Shown: piece after piece, positions 1 to 9,040 of the stretch
Layout of the letters: each line of letters starts with the position of its first letter
How positions within the stretch are numbered: the stretch's first letter is position 1
DNA from: Andalucia godoyi And28
Lineage: Eukaryota > Protista > Jakobida
Direction: 5' to 3'
Length of the DNA stretch: 26,584 nucleotides
Assembly: GCA_009859145.1 (NCBI GenBank)
Contig: VRVR01000058.1
Coordinates: forward strand, 23,135 to 49,718
The notes under the pieces: generated by a model
Database searches by the model: none
What the model saw: only the letters and a program-made list of their open reading frames with translations
What the model was told of the DNA's origin: nothing
Translations under genes and position numbers: made by a program

Positions 1-299
1 CCGAAGAGAAACAATAAACACCGAGATGATTCTACCGGCTCTTTCAGCAGACTTTGAATGGATCTGGTGGGCGGTGATGATCTTACCGGGATCGACCATT
101 CACAGAAACGTCAACCTGATGATGTAGTTTGCAGACTGCGCGAACCAGCTCGAAAAGAACACCCGTTTCGTTAACAATCATCATATTTACGTCCTCCGAC
201 TTGGTGAATATCATCAAGCTTAGGTACCGATCGCACAATCTGGATTGCCAAAATAGGGATCAAAATGCTGCTGAGATGATGGTGCTCCAAGTAAAGAAT

Positions 300-2396
300 T
301 TAGTATTGAGGCGGATCGCTGGAATATCCATGCTCAGAAATGTGGTGTCCAGCTCGTGAAGTATATTGTCCATAAGGCACAGCGTACACACCGGCTGTGG
401 TAGCATGAGGGGGAGAGTAGAGCCCTTGTGCGCTCGCAGCTGTGGGATGCGACAGAACCGGCTCTGATCGCTGCTCATCGGTTGCAGTCGACAGTCCGCT
501 CTGCTGTGATGCCAGCAGAGGGAGTTGGATGTCGTCATAACGGGAAGCAACTGCCACGGGCTCCGGGATGCCGAGAATATGTCGGCATTGTTGTATGCAG
601 GTTAATCGAAAGTTCGTCCTCGATGCCATTCTGGTACTGAAGCAAACAAAAACGTGGCGCTCAATGAAGGACAGTTCTGATCCAACTTCCATCTTCGCCG
701 CAGTCACCACGATGCTGCAATACCAGGCAAAGCACGCTGAAACCAGCAATACTATGTAAAGCACAGACAAGATGGTTACTTGGGTTATAAATGGAGCCGA
801 AATGCGGAACAGAGGCAGACCTTCATGTAAAGAGCCCTGACAAAATGACATCGTTCCATCAGGAAGCGCAACCGACGGCTTCGGCAAGCAGTATTTTCTG
901 TGCGAAACTTCCACAAGAGTAGCAATGGAGGAAATGCCCAGCGCGAATTTGACAACGGTGCACACCACGAACAAAAGGAGATTGACAGTGAAAACACGCG
1001 TGTGCACACAGATGTTTTTCAGCAAAGCGAACCGCTCGTAAATCGCCAACGCCAGCGTTAGCAACGATGAGATGGCTGTGATAAGCAACAGGAGCGGCAG
1101 AGAGCGGAACATGTCCACATTCAACTGGGAAAGTGGGGTCTGTGATTCGTTTATCCACGACTTGCAAAGGCGAATTCGCTCCCCAAAGCCACCTTGTTGA
1201 GCTGGTTTGGAAGGATCCATGCAAGATTTTTCAAATGGAGCAAAATAGCAGTTTCCCAGACCCGCAACTGCGCTTCTCATCGGGACAGAGGTTCCATTCT
1301 GTACCGTAATAAATGTCGATGCATTGTGAAAGTACACAGTCGATCGGAAATCCACATCTTGGTCCTCACCGGTGTACACAATACATGCATCGTCATTCAG
1401 CGCACCCTTTCCTGGAAAATACTGAGACATGAAGGAGTCGACACCGGGTATGATCTGCAACATTCGATCCTGTAAGCTGTCCGGGTTTCTGAATAAGGTC
1501 AGCGCGAAAGACCCAAGGAAAATGACAATGCTTGCATCTGCAATGATGAGAAGCATCAGACGATACGCCGAATAATGGCGATATGCCACCCGCAAGACAT
1601 CCTCCACAGTCGTGCAGCGAAGCTCGCTGTGGCGAATCGACAACATCACATTGCGCATCCCTTTCGGCACCGTAGATATCCGTGGCGACTGTTTATCTAG
1701 CATCAGAAAATAATTCGCAATGCTGCTTCGCGGGTACGACCACCGTTTGCAACACACTCGGTAGCACAGACTAACGACAAGACTAGCTGCCAGTATCGCC
1801 AGGCAGATGATAAGAATAATTACAACGATGTCGGCAACATCATCAAGCTGCGTGTTGAACGTGAACTTTAGAGGTATAACTCCGTAGTTGCTCGGAAGAT
1901 CCACATCTGTCTCGACCGACATTGTGTACGAACTGTCGTCCGCAGGGACACATACAACCAGGGAAGCATCAAATGCAGAAGTGTGTGGTTCCAGCTGATA
2001 CGTGCAGGGAATTCCAACAAAGAGAAATGGGACATTGGGATGCGGGATGGAACCGTTGCATCGTCCTCCGGGTCCAAGAAGCGTTTCCATGCAAGCAGAA
2101 ACTAAATTGGAAGGGACGACATCAACAAGAGGTTCAGAAAGGAATGGAATGCAGTGATCCTTGTGGATGACAAATGTCACATTGCCGTTTAGATTGCGCA
2201 GTCCTTGATGCACACACGTATTCGACCGCAGCAAGAACGACACGGGACACAATCCCGCAGGACAGCCAGCACAGACAAGACGGGGTATGTAAATGAGCAC
2301 AAGGAAGAATGCGGCCACCCGCAACATGTGTTTTGCAAAGGAAGCCATGACTGATGACAACAGGACGACTGATGACAACAGGACAAGTGATTCCAT
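300..2396 (-). CDS. Multi-pass membrane protein of unknown family (about 698 aa) with a Cys-containing N-terminal ectodomain
   Basis: The 710-codon ORF opens with TTG at 2432; the first ATG is at 2396. It has a hydrophobic N-terminus (MLRVAAFFLVLIYIPRLVCAG), about 5 further hydrophobic segments (e.g. IVVIILIICLAILAASLVVSLCY, LPLLLLITAISSLLTLALAIY) and a low-complexity tail ending PPQY-TAA. The true start is uncertain. Confidence 0.85.
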   Translation of the reverse strand: MESLVLLSSVVLLSSVMASFAKHMLRVAAFFLVLIYIPRLVCAGCPAGLCPVSFLLRSNTCVHQGLRNLNGNVTFVIHKDHCIPFLSEPLVDVVPSNLVSACMETLLGPGGRCNGSIPHPNVPFLFVGIPCTYQLEPHTSAFDASLVVCVPADDSSYTMSVETDVDLPSNYGVIPLKFTFNTQLDDVADIVVIILIICLAILAASLVVSLCYRVCCKRWSYPRSSIANYFLMLDKQSPRISTVPKGMRNVMLSIRHSELRCTTVEDVLRVAYRHYSAYRLMLLIIADASIVIFLGSFALTLFRNPDSLQDRMLQIIPGVDSFMSQYFPGKGALNDDACIVYTGEDQDVDFRSTVYFHNASTFITVQNGTSVPMRSAVAGLGNCYFAPFEKSCMDPSKPAQQGGFGERIRLCKSWINESQTPLSQLNVDMFRSLPLLLLITAISSLLTLALAIYERFALLKNICVHTRVFTVNLLLFVVCTVVKFALGISSIATLVEVSHRKYCLPKPSVALPDGTMSFCQGSLHEGLPLFRISAPFITQVTILSVLYIVLLVSACFAWYCSIVVTAAKMEVGSELSFIERHVFVCFSTRMASRTNFRLTCIQQCRHILGIPEPVAVASRYDDIQLPLLASQQSGLSTATDEQRSEPVLSHPTAASAQGLYSPPHATTAGVYAVPYGQYTSRAGHHISEHGYSSDPPQY
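2349..2384. repeat. Perfect 18-bp tandem duplication (GACTGATGACAACAGGAC x2)
   Basis: Seen directly; it gives VLLSSV twice at the N-terminus of the minus-strand gene. Confidence 0.95.
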
Positions 2397-2974
2397 AGCA
2401 AAGTATCTGCGGCATTGCGGAGAACAAAACAAAGAAGGAAAGAAAACGTCGCCTCAGCTGTCTGATGGCGGTGGGGCCATCCACCCTGCGTCCGTCAGAC
2501 TTGTCTGAATCCAGTGCAAGCAGAGCACGGCGTCAACTGGTTTGGTCAACTGCAGAAAATTCTGTTCCTACCATCTGCTTGTTCGTTGGTAACAAAATTC
2601 GACTTCTGCTGGCGGTCTCTGTTCGCTTCCCTTCTTTATGTGTAGCTGTTCTGCTGCTGTTGAAGATCTGGAATGTGCAGCGTTCAAAGTAGCCCACGTC
2701 AAAACTTTCCCACGAGGAAAAATTCCCCTTTTTTTCGCACGCCGGCTGGGGCTGATCCGTGTCTGCAAAATGCCGATCAGTGTGTTCTGATCCTACGTTG
2801 CATCAGAATTCCAGAATCGTCTTTGCCTGCCTTTTTTTGTCCTCTCTTTTGATGCGCCTCGGGTTGTCCACGCGACTCGTGTGCTTCGTGACTCCTTTTT
2901 ATTGGAACGAAATATCAATGCTGAACAGTGAGCTCACTCGCATGCTTTTGCATGCAATAATTTTCTCCCTACTC

Positions 2975-3820
2975 TGCACTTTCGATTGCTGGGGGTCGGG
3001 CACACATACAGTTTTTTTTCAAAGCAAGGTATTGCCGTCGGTACCGGGGATTCTCATCCGATCCCAGCAATTTTGGTTGTTCGGTGTAATCGGCATTGCA
3101 GTCTTTCTGCTGCCAGAGAACGTTTCCGGTTGAAGAAGTACCATTTGGTTTTCGTCGTCGTGTTTCATGTTTGTAGACATCATTTTTTGTGCAGGCTGCA
3201 TCGCCCCAACAATTACCAAATAACAACCATGCTCGCGACGGTTGCACGTCATGCCTTGCTGTCCAGTTCCGTGCTGCACACTGACGTCCTGTGGTTCATA
3301 TGTCTGTCGAAGAATGGCTTTTCGATGCTCTGGCTCCTGTGCACAATGCGCCGCGCTCGTTCACGAATGCACCAGAAGAGTCGGAAGATGAAGACAGACT
3401 TGTACCGTAAACTGGCCAAGTGGCTAGTGTGAGCAGTACGATCGCGCCCTGTTGCCAACGTTTTTGAGACGTCTGGAAAAAAGGACGAGGAATCAACAGC
3501 AAGACAGTTCGGCAGATGGGGACTTGGGAGGATCACTTCTAACTCCGACCAAGACTGCTGCACAATGTGACGGAGGACGCGAGCCACGCGGGATCCACGT
3601 TCTGACCGAGATGTACACATCCAATACATGCGGACTTTTTGTGGCGTTATTCATGAGCGGCCAGGCGGAAAACCAAAAATGTTCCGACGTCCGGTATGTC
3701 CGGCACGTCTGCATCGAGAGATTGCAATGGGGCGCGCCATGTCTATTCTGAGGAACGCGTCGGTGTGCTGGAGCCTACGCCCTCCTTTCTGAATGGAATT
3801 CGCATTCGGCTCCGACGCAA
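2975..3820 (+). mobile_element. Fanzor2/TnpB-like relic A: 5'-truncated, multiply frameshifted pseudogene retaining RuvC-I/II/III and Zn-ribbon motifs in order
   Basis: Stitching frames gives: CTFD(2984)/GVGHTYSFFSKQGIAVGTGD (RuvC-I-like); MRRARSRMHQKSRKMKTDLYRKLAKWL(3346-3426)/CEQYDRALLPTF/ETSGK/GINSKTVRQMGTWEDHF*LRPRLLHN; GIHVLTE(3608)MYTSNTCG/CGVIHERPGGKPKMFRRPVCPARLHR/D(3720)CNGARHVY/LRNAS. This is colinear with the Fanzor2 C-terminal consensus as recalled (DPGVRTF..LHxKLAKWLCxNYxxILLPxFE..SKTARxMLTWSHY.FRxRL..ExYTSKTC..C..FxCxxC..RDxNGARNI). Confidence 0.85.
3065..3261. mobile_element. 197-bp insertion nested in Fanzor relic A, possibly MITE-like
   Basis: It starts CAGCAA and ends TTGCTG (6-bp inverted termini) and is flanked by TCC on both sides (3062-3064, 3262-3264). 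Removing it shortens the GD-to-MRRA spacing from about 98 to about 31 codons, close to the recalled Fanzor2 spacing. Confidence 0.5.
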
Positions 3821-4332
3821 GAATAAGTAGGGATGGTCAGCAATGATCCGCCATGCTTCCCGCGCACGATGCCAGCGAGAAGACGGGAAACCAAAAGAAA
3901 AGAAAAGAAAAAAAAATCTCGACATTTGATGCCACGTGACAAGTGGCGCGAGCAGGGGGAAAAGACACCGCCACAGGACGATAGGAAAAATACCTCTTCG
4001 ACCGCGTGTTTATTGGGCCTCGTTTTTTTACTGCATCTACACAAGTTGAACTTCCTTTTCGTTGCTAATTGCCAGTCCGTTCTTCAAGATGTATGTACGT
4101 TTGGGCAACGAAGGCTGCAATAGAAGACGTCATACAGACTCCTCGAACTCCGTTGTATGAAATTCGGTCGTCGATATTGGTTATAAGGATCAGAAAAGAG
4201 AGCTTTTGCACTTGGAAGGAAGATTTGCGCCTGCATTTGTTTTTGTTTTGTTTTTTTTGTTCCATCTCCCTTTCTCAATTCACAAATCAAACGTTCATCC
4301 GTCCCACACCCAACAACCGTCATTCACACATC

Positions 4333-5379
4333 ATGTTTGGACACAAGCACAAGTCAGACACGCACAATCCGTTCGCCAAGACCGCAGACACTTCTGCAAC
4401 ACCCAGTGCTGTCGATGGACTTCCGCAAGCCACAGCCCTGATTGGCAGGCAGGAACTGGAAGCCGACAAGCCTTCAGAAGTCCGTCTTCTCAAGGAATCG
4501 ATCCCGAGCAAAATCCTGAAGAAGGAAGAACTTGTCCCTCAGCACCAGATCATCCACAAGGAGGTGATTCCCGAGCGCGTGGTTCTCAAGGAAGAGATTG
4601 TCCCAGGAACCGTCCACGAGCACGTGGAAATAGTTCCGGGTGCTTCGCTTTCGCAAACCGACCGTGTTGCGGGCTCCACCATTGTCTACGGACAGCCTTC
4701 TCGCCAATTTGTAGAGTCGGACCAAACGGGTAACATCCAGCGTCTGCAACAGCCGACCGAGTCTGCGATGCAAGCTCCCATTTCCAGTCGCGTGTTGATG
4801 GAGACGATCCCGGACCACACTGTGTCCCACACAGAAATCGTGCCGGAGCACGAAAAGGTGGTTCGTCAGATCACTCCGGAGCATGCCATTCTCAAACAGG
4901 AAGTCTATGCGCCCAAGGTGGTTGAAAAGGCCGAGGTCGTGCAAAGCAACTCGCTTGGCTCGCACCAGCAGCTGCCGGGTGAATCTATCGTTTTTGGCAA
5001 GGATCAGAACCCGAAGTTTGCTTTGGCAGCCGAGAAAGCGTCCCGTGTCTACGATGCACCAGCAGCCAAGGCCATTCCAGTGAACGACAATGAGGTACGC
5101 AGCGTGGAACAGGGCATGTCCGACGTTCATCTGCAGACGAAAGCAGCCGCCCCCCTTCAGAGCTCTGACATGCCCCTCCAGCAAGCTTATGTGCAGCCAG
5201 GCTTTGCTGCCCCGAGTAGCACCATTGGCGTGGGCTCGTATGGCGGCAAATCGGATGTGGCGGCGACACAGGAATCCAAGCTTCGCGGTACAAGCGACAA
5301 GGCCAAGTTGGCTGCAGAAGCTGACGCAAAACACACCAAGATGCCTCTCCATGCGCATTCGCCAGGGCGCAAGGCATGA
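4333..5379 (+). CDS. V/I-P-rich charged repeat protein (348 aa) with a gapless internal 72-aa duplication; epiplastin-like composition
   Basis: The ATG at 4333 follows a T-rich leader; the ORF-track extension to 4069 looks non-coding. It has roughly 10-aa periodic motifs (ESIP, EELVP, EVIP, EEIVP, EIVP; ETIP, EIVP, QITP) and ends TGA-TAG. Confidence 0.85.
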   Translation: MFGHKHKSDTHNPFAKTADTSATPSAVDGLPQATALIGRQELEADKPSEVRLLKESIPSKILKKEELVPQHQIIHKEVIPERVVLKEEIVPGTVHEHVEIVPGASLSQTDRVAGSTIVYGQPSRQFVESDQTGNIQRLQQPTESAMQAPISSRVLMETIPDHTVSHTEIVPEHEKVVRQITPEHAILKQEVYAPKVVEKAEVVQSNSLGSHQQLPGESIVFGKDQNPKFALAAEKASRVYDAPAAKAIPVNDNEVRSVEQGMSDVHLQTKAAAPLQSSDMPLQQAYVQPGFAAPSSTIGVGSYGGKSDVAATQESKLRGTSDKAKLAAEADAKHTKMPLHAHSPGRKA

Positions 5380-5609
5380 TAGACGTCCTGTCTCCGAGGC
5401 AGGAATGAGCCCCCCTCTGCTTCTGCTTGGAAGTGCTTGCGTTTGACGGCTATTCTTGATAATGTAAAATCCTCCTCATACCGCACCCCACACCGCGCCA
5501 CCCACCACACCCCCTCGTGGTCGGGGAAATCTTCTTTGGTGCTTGCTTCCTTTCGACGCCCCTTGTATTTTGTTTTTGTTGATTTGCACGGGCGTCCCAA
5601 ATTGTGTTA

Positions 5610-5652
5610 AACAACTGAACAACTGAACAACTGAACAACTGAACAACTGAAC
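5610..5652. repeat. 8-bp tandem repeat (AACAACTG) x5.4
   Basis: Seen directly; perfect copies with no spacers. Confidence 0.95.
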
Positions 5653-5682
5653 CTGGGGGGTCTGATTGGCACTATGACGATG

Positions 5683-5945
5683 CTGCAAGACAACCGATCC
5701 AATGAATCGATCAAGCGTCGACGGGGCAGGGCCCCAGCACACACAAGTGCATGTGTGCACCGATGTTGCGCCCTCCATTCCAGTCTCGATGCATCATCAG
5801 TGCACACGCTGGACATCTGAACACATTAGCGGTTCCATTCTCCATCGCCTTGTGCAGCAGCCGCCGGGCGGAATTGGAAGTGCCCCGACATCAGCACCTG
5901 GCGTGCAGCCTTTCACACAGCCATTTTGGTAAAGACGATGAAAAT
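5683..5945 (-). mobile_element. Fanzor2 relic B: internally deleted non-autonomous element retaining the 3' end
   Basis: The minus strand reads FHRL/PKWLCE|KAARQVLMSGHFQFRP(+1)RLLHKAMENG|TANVFRCPACALMMHRDWNGGRNI, followed by three hairpins. Positions 5731-5896 match 23707-23886 with 3 substitutions and one 14-nt indel. Confidence 0.88.
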
Positions 5946-6131
5946 GAAATAAAAACACGATAAGATCAGTTCAAACGTTGCCAACGGTGCACGTAAGCGT
6001 GGTCTTTATGAATGTCATTGTCACTCCCATTGCCGAACCCCCCGTTGTCAACAACATGCTTGCTTTTTCTTTTTTTCTCTTTTATTCCTTTGTTTGGGCC
6101 AAGAAACGTCAACCGTCGTCGGAATTCCAGA

Positions 6132-6547
6132 ATGCCTGACTTTCCAGCTTCTGCTGCGGCAGCATGGAAGGAATGCCAGCCATGTTGTCCAGACAACTGC
6201 TGTGCCCTGTGCTCGCGGGTCGACGATCGCTGCAACCCGAACTCATTGGTGCTTTGGGAATGATTGAGCTGCAGGCAGGCATCCGCTGCAAGGCCATCGT
6301 CAAGGCCCTGCAGCGACTGAACGTACCGCAGGATGCTATTCCATTTTATGACGTCCATGCAGCCGTCGACCCTGTGCATGGAGCGGACTGGATCAAGAAA
6401 GTGGTTGAACCTCTCGCATCCACAAATGCGGGATGGGGAGAGCGAATCCTTCGTGGAGCAGCCCTTAAACTGGTGACAAATCGAGCTTTCTTTGAATTCG
6501 CGAGTGCAAGGATCGCGTCCATGAACAATGCTATAAACGAATGTTAG
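6132..6547 (+). pseudogene. C-terminal half of an iron-containing redox enzyme (heme-oxygenase-like diiron oxidase superfamily), 5'-truncated or frameshifted
   Basis: ORF 6164-6547 contains RRSLQPELIGALGMIEL and FYDVHAAVDPVHGADWIKKVVEPL (E...HxxxDxxH ligand pattern). The frame is closed by TGA at 6137 and the N-terminal ligand helix is not found intact. Confidence 0.65.
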
Positions 6548-6613
6548 ATGAATCGACAAGACACTTTCCGAAAACAAAAAGGACAGGAACGGCCATGGAA
6601 GAAGACGAAGAGA

Positions 6614-6651
6614 ATACATATATATATTTATATATATTTATATTTATATAT
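6614..6651. repeat. AT-rich imperfect (TA)n/TATTTA microsatellite
   Basis: Seen directly between two convergent genes. Confidence 0.85.
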
Positions 6652-6822
6652 CATCATCTCTCGTTCTGGAATCCGCCATGGCTTTTTTTTAATGGGATTC
6701 GCCCCCGAGGAAACGGGATCATTGCATTGTTTACAAGTCACAAGCTACCTGGTCGACAAAGAAAGGAGGGAATGACTTTTTTTTTCCAAAAAAGCAAACG
6801 CAGCTGCACGCCAGTCACATGA

Positions 6823-7602
6823 CTAATGGTGGAGGAGGACGTTGTGATCCATGCTGAGAAGGTACGTCCCCTTGTTGATCAAACGAGAGGCAGACGCCAG
6901 CATTGCAATCCAGATTGCGGAAGAGAATGCAGTCAATACAATCCAGGCAGCAAGACCATTGTCATCCAGGTCTCCGTTGCCCAGTTCAACCAGGTGGTTC
7001 CACATGAAGAGAATCATCGACGCAAACATGCATGTGATGCCAAGGAACCAAGAGAGCTTGAGAAGTCGGAGGGTGTTGCGGTTCTCAATCAACACAGTCA
7101 TGAGCGCACGGCGAAGCGAGTCGGCACCATCCATGAACTCGACCGAGCGGAACCGCACCAGGCCGTCGAACTGCGCCTTGACATACAGCGCAAGCACGGT
7201 TGCGAGCGCGAAGAGAGAGAGCGCAGCAACTTGCAAAGTCTGTTCGGCGATGTTCACTTTGCTGTTCGCACGATCCTGGAAGCGCATCGTCAAGAACATG
7301 AACCCGGTCCAGATGGCGCTGATAAGGGGGAGCTGCTTCAGAAATGTGGGCATCATCATCAGCCATACCGGCAGCACGTGATATGACAGCATTCCGTTCG
7401 GAAGCTCGCTGCGGATGAGCAGTGATCGAGGATATGCAAGGTTCTCCGGCTTCGGCGGAAGACTCGACACGGGATCTGTACGACCCCAGTCCTTGCGCAC
7501 ACGGCCAAGGAGAACAGAGTCGTCTGCGTACGGGAAACGCTTTTTGTTCAGTCCTTCATAGACATGCACATAATCGGGACGCGCAGTACGGCCTTGTTCC
7601 AT
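6823..7602 (-). CDS. Hypothetical membrane protein with about 4 TM segments (259 aa)
   Basis: ATG-to-TAG ORF with four hydrophobic stretches (LPLISAIWTGFMFL; VAALSLFALATVLALYV; WFLGITCMFASMILFMW; LAAWIVLTAFSSAIWIAML). Confidence 0.8.
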   Translation of the reverse strand: MEQGRTARPDYVHVYEGLNKKRFPYADDSVLLGRVRKDWGRTDPVSSLPPKPENLAYPRSLLIRSELPNGMLSYHVLPVWLMMMPTFLKQLPLISAIWTGFMFLTMRFQDRANSKVNIAEQTLQVAALSLFALATVLALYVKAQFDGLVRFRSVEFMDGADSLRRALMTVLIENRNTLRLLKLSWFLGITCMFASMILFMWNHLVELGNGDLDDNGLAAWIVLTAFSSAIWIAMLASASRLINKGTYLLSMDHNVLLHH

Positions 7603-8182
7603 TCTTCTTCTTTGGTTTTGTTCCAGGCTTTAGTATCAAGAATCGATCGAGTTACGTAAAACTGCGTTGTATTTCTCAGGTGAAAAGGTGAAAAAGAGAC
7701 TGCTTTGTAAGAAACAGAATGGAAATTTGTGCCCAGTAATACTTGCGCGGAAAACCTTTTCATACATAAGGCTTCAAGTTCCGGGATGTTCACACGGCAA
7801 TTGACACGAACATGAAGTTCGGCGTTGATTACGTGGCATGTCAATGGACTTGAACGTTGCTGCACGTCCACTTCGTGCAATGATTCTCCGAACACAGATG
7901 ACAAGTGATTTTTTATTATTATTATCTTCGCTGGTTCTGGGAACTTTTCCCAGTCGAAGAAAAAAATGTATGTGGGGGTGTGTTTTCTTGTCGATCACGT
8001 AACTTCGAGAACAGAGGGGAATCAAAGCGTCAACGCGCTGAAGAGGGGGAGAGTTTCCTCGGGTCCCGTGGCGCTGGAACAAGATTCGTCCCGGGCACGT
8101 CGCAATGGTTCTGTTGTCGCAAACGCTTAACAAAGCCCAATGTCATGCTTTTCGTTGTTAATTATTCGTTAAATTGTACTAT

Positions 8183-8431
8183 CTATTGAATCATACCAGT
8201 GTTCAATGAGGCTACTGCTTGTCTCACGACTGCCCATTGCCTCTCTATTCTGCAAATGGCCGTCGATGGACTGCATTTCTGTATCGAGGATCCTGCTACT
8301 CTCCGTTCGTCTGTTCCTTGATTTCCGCAGTTGCTAGCAGAGAAGTATTCGAGCAAAAAAAACCCTTGCGCATTGGCAATGCTCAAAGCACGCGTAATCA
8401 CGACCAGCAGAATCATACTTGTCAAAAACAT
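8183..8431 (-). CDS. Possible first exon or fragment of a secreted protein
   Basis: MFLTSMILLVVITRALSIANAQ looks like a signal peptide and is followed by Cys-containing sequence. A GTATGA donor-like site lies near 8195; the downstream exon could not be resolved. Confidence 0.35.
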   Translation of the reverse strand: MFLTSMILLVVITRALSIANAQGFFLLEYFSASNCGNQGTDERRVAGSSIQKCSPSTAICRIERQWAVVRQAVASLNTGMIQ

Positions 8432-8548
8432 TTCGAAATGTGATTGGATTCCATGAAATGAAAGCAAATTAGAAAACAGACAGAAGAACGCAACCAAAGA
8501 TCTATTTAAGATTAAATTAAACAGAACTTCACAGTATTTTTTTAAAAG

Positions 8549-9040
8549 TTAGCGGCCGCCGGGGTTGCAGAGACAGTGTGATCCCTGCGATCTCGGCATC
8601 CATTCCCGACTAGCAACAGATTCTGCATTAAAAACAAGAAGAATAAAGAGACGGATATGAGGTGAAAAACACACACTGAATCCCACGCTCACACAAACGG
8701 GTTGTCGGAAACAATCGGGGAGACGCCAAAAAGATAGAGAATTGGATGCTGCTGGCGGATAAATCTGGTCCTCAGACGGAGTCAGCGTACATGGGTAGGA
8801 AGTGACCGTATGAGCCGGTGTGACTGACGGGGCAGGTGTCGGCGACGAACCAGGGGTAGATGTTGGGTTTGTCGGAGGAACGGATCTGTCATTAATACAC
8901 ACAGTGCTGCCGACGTGGACATTGCTGCTTAGCTCGACGCTCCCATGAATGCGTGCACAACCACCTGAATGCGCCGGTTGCGACTGCAACTGCGCTTCTG
9001 CGTTTTCAGCAGCGATTTCTGGGAGATCCAGTGCTGGCAC
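8549..9040 (-). pseudogene. Fragment resembling a surface protein with a Pro/Thr/Ser stalk
   Basis: PPTNPTSTPGSSPTPAPSVTP linker followed by a hydrophobic segment; there is no ATG start and an in-frame TAG lies just upstream. Confidence 0.35.

Noticed and set aside
90-260. Short minus-strand exon-like frame (MIFTKSEDVNMMIVNETGVLFELVRAVCKLHH..)
   Set aside because: It is too short, has no recognisable domain and lies at the window edge, so it cannot be supported.
2759-3432. ORFs 2759-3133 and 2986-3432 as host membrane-protein genes
   Set aside because: They are better explained as Fanzor relic A plus its 197-bp insertion.
5610-5652. CRISPR-like array
   Set aside because: 8-bp units with no spacers; a simple tandem repeat.
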